A stretch of 32,000 nt of DNA from Clostridiales bacterium (GCA_019421385.1 JAHZFK010000022.1:1-32000); one strand, 5' to 3'. Shown: positions 1-8,944, counted from the first letter of the stretch. Notes: a model not told the origin generated them from the sequence alone. Program-made: numbers and translations.

Positions 1-56
1 ACTCTGATGCTTTGCAAGTCTTTTTTCTGCACAAAAACCAATATTTTCACTTTCGC

Positions 57-84
57 TTGTATTTTCTTCAAATCATAGTATACT
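57..84 (+). promoter_or_regulatory. Candidate sigma-A promoter for the GH13 gene (TTGTAT-16 nt-TATACT)
   Basis: -35-like TTGTAT at 57-62 and -10 TATACT at 79-84, about 35 nt upstream of the ATG at 118. Hexamer match by eye only. Confidence 0.35.
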
Positions 85-117
85 GGTAGTGACTCTATTT
101 GTAAAGGAGCAATTACC

Positions 118-1428
118 ATGTGGGCTTATGAAAGCGTTTTCTACCAAATCTATCCGATCGGGTTCTGCGATGCGCCGCGCGTCAACGACGGCATTACCGT
201 CCCGCGCATCCGCAAGGTGGCAGATTGGGCCGAGCACATCGCAAAGCTCGGCTGCAATGCCGTTTATTTCTCCCCGATCTTTGAATCCGACAGCCACGGC
301 TACGATACCCGCGACTTCCGCAAAATCGACTGCCGCCTTGGCACCAATAAAGACTTTTCCGCTGTCTGCGAAACACTGCATGAGAACGGCATCAAAGTTG
401 TGCTCGACGGTGTATTCAACCACGTCGGCCGCGGCTTCTGGGCATTCCGCGATGTGCAGGAAAAGAAATGGGATTCCCCTTATAAGGATTGGTTTCATAT
501 CTCTTTTGACGGCAACTCCAATTATAATGATGGCTTCTGGTATGAGGGCTGGGAAGGCCATTATGAGCTGGTCAAGCTGAATCTGAAAAACCCCGCGGTT
601 GTGCAGCACATTTTTGACTGCATCCGCCTGTGGGTAGAGGAATTCGACATCAACGGTCTGCGTCTGGACGTTGCCTACTGTCTGGATAAAGACTTCCTCC
701 GTCAGCTGCGTGCGTTCTGCGACAGCTTCGGACGCGACTTTTTCCTCGTGGGCGAGCTGCTGCACGGTGATTACAACCAATTCGTTGGCGACCAGATGCT
801 GCACTCCTGCACCAACTATGAATGCTACAAGGGTCTGTACTCCTCCATGAACAGCTTAAACCTGTTCGAGATCACCCATTCCCTGCTGCGTCAATTCGGC
901 CCGGAAAACTGGACGCTGTACCGCGGCAAGCATCTGCTGGATTTCGTGGACAACCATGATGTCACCCGCATCGCTTCCATCTTGCAGAACCCCAAGCATC
1001 TGCCGCTCGTCTATGCGCTGCAATTCGGTATGCCCGGCATCCCTTGCGTGTACTACGGCAGCGAGTGGGGCGCGATGGGCGAAAAGCATCAGGGAGACGA
1101 CGCGCTACGTCCTTCTTTTGAGCAGCCGCTGTGGAACGACCTGACCGACTGGATCGCTGCGCTTGCCAAGGCGCACCGCGAAAGCAAGGCATTGTGCTAC
1201 GGCGATTTTAAGCAGGTTGTGCTGACCAACAAACAGTGCATCTGGGAGCGCATTGCTGAGGGCGAGCGTGTGTTAGTCGCTGTCAACATTGACGACCAGC
1301 CTTATGTTGCGCATTTCGATGCAAAGTGCGGGCAGGCGATCGACCTGATTACCGGCAAACCGCACGACTTCGGCGGCGGCAGTGAGCTGCCCCCCTATTC
1401 AGCTTTCTTCTGGAAGTGCGAACGGTAA
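118..1428 (+). CDS. Cytoplasmic GH13 (alpha-amylase family) glycosidase
   Basis: 436-aa ORF with ATG at 118 preceded by AAAGGAG (103-109). The four GH13 conserved regions are visible: DGVFNHVG, GLRLDVAY, FLVGELLH (catalytic Glu) and FVDNHD. No signal peptide. Confidence 0.85.
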   Translation: MWAYESVFYQIYPIGFCDAPRVNDGITVPRIRKVADWAEHIAKLGCNAVYFSPIFESDSHGYDTRDFRKIDCRLGTNKDFSAVCETLHENGIKVVLDGVFNHVGRGFWAFRDVQEKKWDSPYKDWFHISFDGNSNYNDGFWYEGWEGHYELVKLNLKNPAVVQHIFDCIRLWVEEFDINGLRLDVAYCLDKDFLRQLRAFCDSFGRDFFLVGELLHGDYNQFVGDQMLHSCTNYECYKGLYSSMNSLNLFEITHSLLRQFGPENWTLYRGKHLLDFVDNHDVTRIASILQNPKHLPLVYALQFGMPGIPCVYYGSEWGAMGEKHQGDDALRPSFEQPLWNDLTDWIAALAKAHRESKALCYGDFKQVVLTNKQCIWERIAEGERVLVAVNIDDQPYVAHFDAKCGQAIDLITGKPHDFGGGSELPPYSAFFWKCER

Positions 1429-1438
1429 AACGAAACGC

Positions 1439-1474
1439 AAAAAAAGACGACGCCAGCAAGCGTCGTCTTTTTTA
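1439..1474. terminator. Bidirectional rho-independent terminator between the convergent GH13 and SLH genes
   Basis: Stem GACGACGC (1446-1453) / GCGTCGTC (1460-1467) with a 6-nt loop. It is flanked by an A-run (1439-1445) and a T-run (1468-1473). Confidence 0.8.
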
Positions 1475-1484
1475 TGCTGTTGGG

Positions 1485-3566
1485 TCAAATGTAGTCAATC
1501 ACCAGTGTGTAAACCGAATCATCGCTCATCGTCACGGCGAATTCCACCAAACCGCCTGTCTGGCGGAACTTCTCCAGTCCTGCCTTGGTCAAGGTCAGCG
1601 AATGATCCGATGTTGTGTAATCCGTACCGGACTCCAATTCGGTTGTCTCGCCCTTCTGGGTCGCCGTCACACTGTTTATGGTCAGGCTGCTCAGCGGCAA
1701 AGCAAAGCTGGGCTCAGTCGGTGCATATGTATTATACTCTGCCACATATGTATGCATTCCAGCCGGTGTCGAATCCATCACCGTCAGGTTGAATGTACTG
1801 CTGCCGCCATTCTTGAGGTCTGCCGAAACCGTATAGGTGCCTGTCCGCAGCTGCGCCAGCACACCACGACGCAGCACAAGCGTACGGTTTACATTGTTAA
1901 ACTCGTAATCAATTTCAGAGAATCCCAAAACCACACGCAGGATATCACTTTCCGATGCCACACCATCCAGCTTCACGCGTACATTCTGGAAACCACCCGA
2001 GCGGTAATACCGGTCAAATGTGACCGCCTGCATCTGTGCATCCTCTTGCGAATTGACAACGGAAAGCGCAATGCTTTCCCGCTGTCCATCTGAGAGCGAG
2101 AGCGACAACGTATAGTTCCCTTTGGCAAGCGAAGTCAAATAAGAGGCTGAAATCGTAATACCGGAAGCCGTTTTGTTGTAATCCGAAGATTCTTTCAGAC
2201 TTTTTCCGCTATTGAAAACCGAGGATACGGTCAAGCCGTTCGGCACATTGACTGTTACCTCGTTTCCCAGCGCAGACGGGTTCGCCAAATCCACCGTAAT
2301 GCTTTTCGGCACCACTCCCGCCGTGCTGATACCGCTCACGGACTGCCCGCTAATCGTCGCGGAAACACCGTTTGCCATTGCGTAGCCAGATACGTCCACA
2401 CTGCTGGCAAAGCTCACGCCATCCGTTCGGATATCCGCCTGATAGACCGAGCCATAGCCGGTCACCGAGGCTGCTTTTTCGACCGTCATCTGATAGACCT
2501 GTGTGTTCGCCGTTGTGCTGACCGTGGACTCTCCGACCAGGGTAAGCTGCTCCACGTTAGCATCAAGTGTCAGGGAAACCCGTTCCTCACCATTCACCAC
2601 AACCTCGGAAAATCCGCTGTCGCCCGCCGCAAGAGATCGCTCGTGCAGCGCTGCCGCAGACTGCACCTCGGTCTTCCCGATGCGAGCAGCGCCCGTTGCA
2701 GTAACCTGCAGCAGGCGCGCCATGGGTGACGAAACGATCATATGATCGCTCGACGTATTCATCATTGTAACCGTACCGCCGGACACGATGACAGAGCCCT
2801 TGACCGTTACATTATTCAGCGTAACGGCATCAGAGCCAAGCCCTTCCGTAATGTACAGGTCGCCTTCAATCGTTGCATCGGACAGCGAGCAGCTTTCCGA
2901 AATCGTGACGTTGGTAGTATCCGTTTTCAGATCGGCCCCCGTATATGCCTTGCCCGCAGTGGACAGGGAGGTTCCTAAATAATAATACAGGATTTTTGCA
3001 ACCTCACCGCGCGTGACCACGCGATCGGGTTGGAAGGAACCGTCCGAATATCCTGCCAGAAAGCCTTTGTCGGCCGCGGCCTTAATGTAACCCGCGCTCC
3101 AGCTGGAGATCTCATCGCGGTCGGTAAACGGCAGATCAGCGGAAGCCACATTGCCGGGATCCGCCTTGAACAAACGGCCGACAATGACCGCAGCCTGTTC
3201 GCGCGTGACCTTTCCCTCGGGGTCCATTTTATTGTCGCCCACACCGTTGATGTAACCATATTTTTGGGCAATTCGCACGGTATCATAATACCAGGCGTTT
3301 CTCGGCACGTCGGTATACGAAATCGCTGCCATTTCCGTAAAATGAAACGCGCGATTGATGTACCGCATGAATTCCGCACGGGTCATATCACGGTTCGGTT
3401 CATATTTTCCCGTTGTTGCACTCGGATTGATAACGCCTTCCCGATCGAGATATTCAATGTACGTTTTTGCCCAGTGTCCATCCAAATCTGATGCAGCGGA
3501 TGCAAATGGAAGCATTGCCGTCAGCATAAACATGCACAGGAAAGCGGATAACAACCGTTTTTTCAT
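1485..3566 (-). CDS. SLH-domain cell-surface protein (signal peptide, SLH repeats, beta-helix-like middle, three Ig/X2-like C-terminal modules)
   Basis: 693 aa with signal peptide MKKRLLSAFLCMFMLTAMLPFASA. SLH-type repeats occupy roughly aa 25-200 (DGHWAKTYIEYL..., FTDVPRNAWYYDTV..., FTDRDEISSWSAGYIKAA...GYSDGSFQPDRVVTRGEVAKIL). The C-terminus holds three related ~85-aa modules of the pattern ...SG.TIS..YL..L..G.YTL....DG....L.V. Confidence 0.8.
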   Translation of the reverse strand: MKKRLLSAFLCMFMLTAMLPFASAASDLDGHWAKTYIEYLDREGVINPSATTGKYEPNRDMTRAEFMRYINRAFHFTEMAAISYTDVPRNAWYYDTVRIAQKYGYINGVGDNKMDPEGKVTREQAAVIVGRLFKADPGNVASADLPFTDRDEISSWSAGYIKAAADKGFLAGYSDGSFQPDRVVTRGEVAKILYYYLGTSLSTAGKAYTGADLKTDTTNVTISESCSLSDATIEGDLYITEGLGSDAVTLNNVTVKGSVIVSGGTVTMMNTSSDHMIVSSPMARLLQVTATGAARIGKTEVQSAAALHERSLAAGDSGFSEVVVNGEERVSLTLDANVEQLTLVGESTVSTTANTQVYQMTVEKAASVTGYGSVYQADIRTDGVSFASSVDVSGYAMANGVSATISGQSVSGISTAGVVPKSITVDLANPSALGNEVTVNVPNGLTVSSVFNSGKSLKESSDYNKTASGITISASYLTSLAKGNYTLSLSLSDGQRESIALSVVNSQEDAQMQAVTFDRYYRSGGFQNVRVKLDGVASESDILRVVLGFSEIDYEFNNVNRTLVLRRGVLAQLRTGTYTVSADLKNGGSSTFNLTVMDSTPAGMHTYVAEYNTYAPTEPSFALPLSSLTINSVTATQKGETTELESGTDYTTSDHSLTLTKAGLEKFRQTGGLVEFAVTMSDDSVYTLVIDYI

Positions 3567-3598
3567 TTTCTATACAACCCCTTATTGATGCTGTCAAT

Positions 3599-3627
3599 AG
3601 TATACCATACCCAATTGAACTTGACAA
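3599..3627 (-). promoter_or_regulatory. Sigma-A promoter with extended -10 for the SLH-protein gene
   Basis: Minus strand reads TTGTCA-17 nt-(TGg)TATACT. The -35 is the complement of 3622-3627 and the -10 the complement of 3599-3604, about 30 nt upstream of the ATG at 3566. Confidence 0.55.
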
Positions 3628-3639
3628 CCACCATTCTTT

Positions 3640-4437
3640 TCATACGTTTTTAACAAATTCCACAAACAGCCGCCCTTTTCTGCTGGTTCCCCCAAACGCA
3701 ACAATCCGCGCGCGGCCTATTCCGCGCACCGTCAGCTTGTCCCCCTCGCCAATCAGCCGTTCCGGTTTCAGACACGGTGCATGATTGACAAAAACCAATC
3801 CTTTCTCAATGCGCTCCTGCGCGCTTTTACGCGACATGCCGAACACCAGCGCCGCCATACTGTCCAGCCGCGGAGAAGCAACCGAACCGTTGCCCTCTAT
3901 TTCTTGCGCGGGTTTACAGCGAAGCGCTTCCAAAGGCTCCCGCGTCAGAGAAATCTGTTTACGCCCCGCCTTGGCAAAGTGCAGCAGGATGAACTCCGCC
4001 ATATCCTCCAAAACCAGAATATCCGCGCCTTCCTCATGCACCAGAATATCGCCTATCACACTGCGGTCAATTTGCAGACCCATGAGCGCGCCCAGATAAT
4101 CGCGGTGCGCCAAGGTATCCTCTTTGCGCTTATGCGCGCGGAGCAATGCAAGCGGAGCGGCCTGTTTTGCGCTCTCTTCATCCAGATAGTCCGGGTAGAA
4201 CACATATATGCCGCGTTCCGCATCCTCATATCCGCCCCAGAACAGCGCATGTCCTGTTGCGCCGCAAAGACGCACCGCCTCCGTGCACAGCGCACGTTCA
4301 CTCATGCTGAGGAACTTGGTGTGCGTCAGATAGCCGCGCGTTGCACAGGTCTGCTCCTTGTCCAGCAGTCCGGCCAGCAGCAGCCGCTCTTCTCCTGTTC
4401 CGCCCAGCGCATTCAAAATCTCATTCTTGCTTTTCAA
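3640..4437 (-). CDS. ylmH: YlmH-like RNA-binding protein with C-terminal S4 domain
   Basis: 265 aa with a TTG start at 4437 preceded by GGAGG and an 8-nt spacer. The C-terminal S4-like segment is RLDSMAALVFGMSRKSAQERIEKGLVFVNH. The overall layout matches the YlmH / 'photosystem II S4 domain' family. Confidence 0.7.
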   Translation of the reverse strand: MKSKNEILNALGGTGEERLLLAGLLDKEQTCATRGYLTHTKFLSMSERALCTEAVRLCGATGHALFWGGYEDAERGIYVFYPDYLDEESAKQAAPLALLRAHKRKEDTLAHRDYLGALMGLQIDRSVIGDILVHEEGADILVLEDMAEFILLHFAKAGRKQISLTREPLEALRCKPAQEIEGNGSVASPRLDSMAALVFGMSRKSAQERIEKGLVFVNHAPCLKPERLIGEGDKLTVRGIGRARIVAFGGTSRKGRLFVEFVKNV

Positions 4438-4479
4438 CCCTTTTTCCTCCGCTCACCGTCGTCGTTTTCTGCAAAGCTA

Positions 4480-4508
4480 TTGTACTATTTCTCACTTTCG
4501 TTTACAAT
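4480..4508 (+). promoter_or_regulatory. birA promoter whose -35/-10 hexamers form an inverted repeat (possible BirA operator)
   Basis: TTGTAC (4480-4485)-17 nt-TACAAT (4503-4508). ATTGTA(4479-4484)...TACAAT(4503-4508) is an inverted repeat. GTTTACAA (4500-4507) equals the E. coli bioO half-site. Confidence 0.45.
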
Positions 4509-4541
4509 AGAATTATTGTTCACCAAGGAGGCAGAAAGCAC

Positions 4542-5516
4542 ATGTCGGTCAAAGATGCGGTATTACAGGCACTCGAACAGGCGCGAGGGGAACGGTTGTC
4601 CGGCGGACAGCTTGCCCAGCAGCTTGGCGTATCACGCGCCGCCGTACACAAGGCGATCGCTGTGCTGCGCAGCAGCGGCATGACCATCGACGGCGTACCG
4701 GGTGAAGGCTACCGCCTTGCCCCCGAGGATGACAGCCTGACCGCCGCCGGTGTGCAGGCATTGCTGCGCACCCGCTTTGTAGGACGGGACATGGTTGTAT
4801 TGCCTAGTCTCAGCTCCACCAATACCGTCATCAAGGAGCGCTATCTCGACCGTCCACATGGTTTTGTCCTGCTGGCAGAGGAGCAGACCGGTGGCCGCGG
4901 CCGTCTGGGACGCACCTTTGTCTCTCCCGCCGAAACCGGCGTCTACCAGACGATTCTGCTGCACCCCACCCTGCCCATCAGCCATATCCAGTTCGCCACG
5001 ATTGCAGCGGCTGTTGCCGTGGCGGAAGCAATCACGCAAACCGCTGGCTTCTCTCCGGAGATCAAATGGGTCAACGACGTGCTGCACGAAGGGCGTAAGC
5101 TGAGCGGCATCCTGACCGAAGCGACCATCGAGGGCGAAAGCGGTGCGGTCAGTTCGCTTCTGGTCGGCATCGGCGTCAATCTGCGCCCCAATCCCGCGTG
5201 GCCGGAGGACGTGCGCGCCGTTGCGGGCGCACTCAGCGAGTTTGGCCGCACACCGCGCCGCGCAGAATTGGCAGCTGCCGTATTGACCCACTTTGAACAA
5301 GCCTATTCCCTGCTCGAGCAGGATCGTGCAGACGAACTGCTTGCGCAGTACCGCAGCCGCCTGTGCTGTCTGGATAAGGCGATCAAGGTCATCAGCCCCG
5401 CAGGAACCTATCAGGCCGACTGCATCGGCTTGGATGACAACGGCTTTTTGCTGGTGCGTGACGCGGACGGACAGACCCGCACGCTCTCCAGCGGCGAAAT
5501 CAGTATCCGTTTCTGA
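4542..5516 (+). CDS. birA: Bifunctional biotin-[acetyl-CoA-carboxylase] ligase / biotin operon repressor BirA
   Basis: ATG at 4542 follows AAGGAGG (4525-4531); the ORF-track start at 4341 is a spurious extension. There is an N-terminal winged-HTH (LSGGQLAQQLGVSRAAVHKAIAVLRSSGM). The ligase core carries GRGRLGR and KWVNDV. Confidence 0.85.
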   Translation: MSVKDAVLQALEQARGERLSGGQLAQQLGVSRAAVHKAIAVLRSSGMTIDGVPGEGYRLAPEDDSLTAAGVQALLRTRFVGRDMVVLPSLSSTNTVIKERYLDRPHGFVLLAEEQTGGRGRLGRTFVSPAETGVYQTILLHPTLPISHIQFATIAAAVAVAEAITQTAGFSPEIKWVNDVLHEGRKLSGILTEATIEGESGAVSSLLVGIGVNLRPNPAWPEDVRAVAGALSEFGRTPRRAELAAAVLTHFEQAYSLLEQDRADELLAQYRSRLCCLDKAIKVISPAGTYQADCIGLDDNGFLLVRDADGQTRTLSSGEISIRF

Positions 5517-5559
5517 CCATGTACGACACTATATTATATAATGTAAGGAGTATCCCTCT

Positions 5560-6096
5560 ATGTTTCAAACCGCCGCAGGCATCACCGTCCCCTTTCCGGA
5601 CAAGCTGTGCGAACAATATCAGCTGGACGGAGACACCATTATCTGCAACCTCAGCTTCGAAAAACTATCCGACTTCGTCCATGCCTTTTATGCTTCGCTG
5701 ACGGAACCACTGTTTCTTGCCATCCACCCAGACGCGGAAGACGAAGAAGTCTGGTATCTGGACGGCATGACCAAAAAGCAGCTGACCATGATCCTCGACG
5801 GATACGGCGAACTGCTGCTGCAGGATGGTCTCTCTGCGTTCGCCATCGGCTCCCTTGCCACCAATGAAGAGCTGTTCGTGCAGAAATACAAGGTACTGTC
5901 CATCTACAGCCCGCAGATCTCTCGCATGGAAAAACTGCTCGCTCGCTTTGAAGTGCCGCGCACCGATGCGATCGTCACCGCATGGGACACCTTTTCCGAA
6001 GAACATCCCGGCATGGCACAGCGGTTGGAGATTGCCGGCATGACCGTACCGGATATGATTGACGACCTGCAAAAAATCGGCATGTATAAAGGCTGA
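5560..6096 (+). CDS. Hypothetical acidic cytoplasmic protein (no family recognised)
   Basis: 178-aa ORF with AAGGAG 9 nt upstream of the ATG. Its composition is coding-like and it ends in a strong terminator. I recognise no motif. Confidence 0.55.
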   Translation: MFQTAAGITVPFPDKLCEQYQLDGDTIICNLSFEKLSDFVHAFYASLTEPLFLAIHPDAEDEEVWYLDGMTKKQLTMILDGYGELLLQDGLSAFAIGSLATNEELFVQKYKVLSIYSPQISRMEKLLARFEVPRTDAIVTAWDTFSEEHPGMAQRLEIAGMTVPDMIDDLQKIGMYKG

Positions 6097-6122
6097 CGCA
6101 ATCGCGTCAGCCTTTTGCTTTT
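6088..6122. terminator. Bidirectional terminator between convergent genes
   Basis: Stem GGCTGACGC (6091-6099) / GCGTCAGCC (6104-6112) with loop AATC, followed by TTTTGCTTTT. Confidence 0.75.
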
Positions 6123-6123
6123 C

Positions 6124-6945
6124 TCACAGGAACAGGCTGACCGCCGCACGGCGGCGATACCCCTCCTCCAGCTCGGTTTTATGATATAAGTAGCCGGGGT
6201 CGTCATAGTATTTCGCGTTCTTGGGACACTTCTTCACACACGCACCACACTTGATGCAGATACCGGTAAACTCCCGCACATTCTCCGGATCAATCGAGCC
6301 CATCGGACAAACCTGCGCGCAAAGACCGCAATCGTCACATGCTTCGCTGGTCTTTGGCTTGACCTTGCGAATGTCCACCGGATTACCCGCACGGTCGCGC
6401 GGCTGATAATACGTCCTGTCCTCCCGTGCCCGTCCGGGCACCGCAATCGGTGGCGTATCCGCATCCACTGTCCGAACGCGCACCGCCACCTGCGCGGCAA
6501 ACTCGGTCGCCAGCGCCAAATCATCCGCATCCGGCCGACCAGCGGCCAGCGTAGTAGAAAACGAGTGCTCGCCCACAAATGCCGCGGCTGCAAACGGCAC
6601 AAAACCGTTATCCGCGAGGATATCCCGCAGCTCAATGAGCGAATCGTCAAAGGCGCGGTTGCCGAATGTGACCACGGGCACCGCTGCTGCACCATTCCCC
6701 TGCACGGTCGCCAAATATTTCAGCAGCACGTTTGGCACACGCCCAGCATAGGTCGGCGTGCCGAAGATCACCAAATCCTCCGCCGTAAAAGATAGGGCAT
6801 CCTGCCGCGCTGCCGGCAGAGTGAAATCATATTCTGTAAGCAGCCTATCCAACGCCTGCGCCGTCTGCGTTGCAATTTCCTTTACCACACGCTTGGTCGT
6901 CCCTGTCGCGCTCCAATACACTGCCCACACGCGATTTACCTGCAT
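6124..6945 (-). CDS. Flavodoxin-like domain fused to a 2x[4Fe-4S] ferredoxin domain (EFR1-type)
   Basis: ATG at 6945 is preceded by AGGGAGG. The N-terminus has a flavodoxin signature (VWAVYWSATGTTKRV). The C-terminus has two Cys clusters, CDDCGLCAQVCP and CIKCGACVKKCP. Confidence 0.75.
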   Translation of the reverse strand: MQVNRVWAVYWSATGTTKRVVKEIATQTAQALDRLLTEYDFTLPAARQDALSFTAEDLVIFGTPTYAGRVPNVLLKYLATVQGNGAAAVPVVTFGNRAFDDSLIELRDILADNGFVPFAAAAFVGEHSFSTTLAAGRPDADDLALATEFAAQVAVRVRTVDADTPPIAVPGRAREDRTYYQPRDRAGNPVDIRKVKPKTSEACDDCGLCAQVCPMGSIDPENVREFTGICIKCGACVKKCPKNAKYYDDPGYLYHKTELEEGYRRRAAVSLFL

Positions 6946-6975
6946 ATGCCGCGCCTCCCTTGTCGATATAAAATC

Positions 6976-7004
6976 AGTATAGCAGACGCACCTGTCACCG
7001 TCAA
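6976..7004 (-). promoter_or_regulatory. Sigma-A promoter for the flavodoxin/ferredoxin gene
   Basis: Minus strand reads TTGACG-17 nt-TATACT. The -35 is the complement of 6999-7004 and the -10 the complement of 6976-6981. Confidence 0.55.
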
Positions 7005-7023
7005 AGCCGGACTGTGTGAAATA

Positions 7024-7056
7024 CAAAAAAACAGCCGCACCAGCGGCTGTTTTTCT
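7024..7056 (-). terminator. Rho-independent terminator of rnj
   Basis: Minus strand reads ACAGCCGC-TGGT-GCGGCTGT followed by TTTTTTTG, directly after the rnj stop codon (7060-7062). Confidence 0.75.
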
Positions 7057-7059
7057 TTC

Positions 7060-8718
7060 TTAAATTTCCATGATGATCGGCAGCACCATCGGGCTGCGCT
7101 TGGTCTTTTTGAACAGATAATCGCTCACGTCGCCCTTGATTGCCGACTTGAGGCTGTTCCAATCGCGCAGATTCTCCATCGCGCAACGGTCGAGCGCCAT
7201 CTGCGAAATGTTACGCAGCTCTTCCATCAGCGCTTCGGCCTCCTTGACATAGACAAAGCCGCGCGAAACGATATCCGGGCCGGCGATGACCACACCCGTG
7301 GTCGCGTCCACCGTGACCACGACAACCAGCAGACCGTCCTCAGACAGATGCTTGCGGTCACGCAGCACCGCAGTGCCTACATCGCCAATGCCCAAACCAT
7401 CGACCAGCAAGCGGCCCGCCGGCACGGGATTGCCCAGACGAGCAGAGTTTTCGCTGATTTCAACCGGTCGGCCAATTTCGGTAATCAGCACGTTTTTCGG
7501 GTTCACGCCCATCTCACGCGCCAGCCCCGCATGTTGCATCAGCATACGATACTCACCGTGCACCGGGATAAAATATTTCGGCTTGCACAGACCCAGCATC
7601 AACTTCAAATCTTCCTGGCAAGCATGGCCGGATACATGGATCGCAGCAGAGCGGTCGTAAATGACTTCCGCGCCCTGCTTATACAGCTCGTTGACCATAT
7701 TGTTGATCGACTTCTCATTGCCGGGGATCGCAGAAGCCGCAATCAAAATACGGTCGCCCGCATTGACCTCAACCTGTTTGTGGCTGCCATAAGCCATGCG
7801 GTACAGCGCCGACATCGTCTCGCCCTGCGAACCGGTGGATACAATAATCAGCTGACTGCGTGCATAGCGCTTGATCTCGGAAATATCGATCATCACCTTG
7901 CCGGTATCGCGCAGATAACCCAGCTCACCCGCAACCTTAGAGATCTTCTCCATGCTGCGGCCGCATACGGCAACCTTGCGTCCGGCCTTGGCTGCAATGT
8001 CCAGAATCTGCTGCAAACGCGATACGTTGGATGCAAAGGTGGCGATGATGATGCGCTGATCGCTCTCCATGATGAACTTCTCCAGCGACTTGCCCACGAT
8101 TTTTTCGCTCGGCGTGTAGCCCGGACGCTCCACATTCGTCGAATCGCTCATCAGGGCAAGGATACCCTTTTTGCCCAGCTCACCAATGCGCACCAGGTCA
8201 ATCATCTCGCCCGAAACCGGCGTCAGATCAATCTTGAAGTCGCCCGTGTGCAGGATGGTACCAAGCGGCGTCGTGATCGCCAGCGCAACCGAATCCGCAA
8301 TCGAGTGGTTCGTGTGGATGAATTCCACCTTGAAGCAGCCCAGCTTGATCGTATCTCCCGCGCGTACGCGGTTGAGTTTGACCTTTTGCGGCATCTTGTG
8401 CTCACTGAGTTTGGTCTCAATAATGCCGCATGTCAGGCGGGTCGCATAAATCGGCGCATTGCACTCACGCAAAACATACGGGATCGCGCCGATGTGGTCC
8501 TCATGGCCGTGCGTGATGACATAACCACGTAGCTTATTGAGATTGCGCTTAAGGTAGGTGGTATCCGGGATCACCAGATCCACGCCCAGCATATCGTCAT
8601 CCGGAAACGCAACGCCGCAGTCGATTACCAGAATATCATTGCCGTATTCAATGACAGTCATATTCTTTCCGATCTCATTGAGACCACCGAGCGGAATAAT
8701 CTTCAGTTTTTCTTTCAT
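7060..8718 (-). CDS. rnj: Ribonuclease J
   Basis: 552 aa. The N-terminus is MKEKLKIIPLGGLNEIGKNMTVIEY. The metallo-beta-lactamase motif HGHEDHIGA is present, followed by beta-CASP and C-terminal domains typical of RNase J. Confidence 0.9.
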   Translation of the reverse strand: MKEKLKIIPLGGLNEIGKNMTVIEYGNDILVIDCGVAFPDDDMLGVDLVIPDTTYLKRNLNKLRGYVITHGHEDHIGAIPYVLRECNAPIYATRLTCGIIETKLSEHKMPQKVKLNRVRAGDTIKLGCFKVEFIHTNHSIADSVALAITTPLGTILHTGDFKIDLTPVSGEMIDLVRIGELGKKGILALMSDSTNVERPGYTPSEKIVGKSLEKFIMESDQRIIIATFASNVSRLQQILDIAAKAGRKVAVCGRSMEKISKVAGELGYLRDTGKVMIDISEIKRYARSQLIIVSTGSQGETMSALYRMAYGSHKQVEVNAGDRILIAASAIPGNEKSINNMVNELYKQGAEVIYDRSAAIHVSGHACQEDLKLMLGLCKPKYFIPVHGEYRMLMQHAGLAREMGVNPKNVLITEIGRPVEISENSARLGNPVPAGRLLVDGLGIGDVGTAVLRDRKHLSEDGLLVVVVTVDATTGVVIAGPDIVSRGFVYVKEAEALMEELRNISQMALDRCAMENLRDWNSLKSAIKGDVSDYLFKKTKRSPMVLPIIMEI

Positions 8719-8915
8719 AACAGTTTTATCACTTTCCTTTATTCATCAGTTAAAATACCTGTAAACAACAACCCGGGGATTTTCCCCGCGTTTTTACAAA
8801 GACAGACCTGCATCCCGTTCGTCCGCCTTTATGCACTATTTTATCTCTGCGCTGCAGTCCGGTCTTACCGTTTGTCGGCAAGCATCCCCGCGCAAACTGC
8901 AAACACTTATTTTTT

Positions 8916-8944
8916 ATGATACCACATTCCGCTTGCAGTGTAAA
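8916..8944 (-). promoter_or_regulatory. Sigma-A promoter with extended -10 for rnj, implying a ~190-nt leader
   Basis: Minus strand reads TTTACA-17 nt-(TGg)TATCAT, preceded by an A-run. The -35 is the complement of 8939-8944 and the -10 the complement of 8916-8921. Confidence 0.55.

Noticed and set aside
3781-4683. 300-aa plus-strand ORF opposite ylmH, and the 4341 start offered for birA
   Set aside because: The first is antisense to ylmH. For birA, the ATG at 4542 with AAGGAGG is the real start, and the upstream 67 codons run through the promoter region.
6946-8532. 528-aa plus-strand ORF covering most of the rnj locus
   Set aside because: It lies antisense to an unmistakable RNase J gene. 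It is Arg/His/Leu/Ala-rich with no RBS and no recognisable domain. This is a typical shadow ORF in GC-rich DNA.
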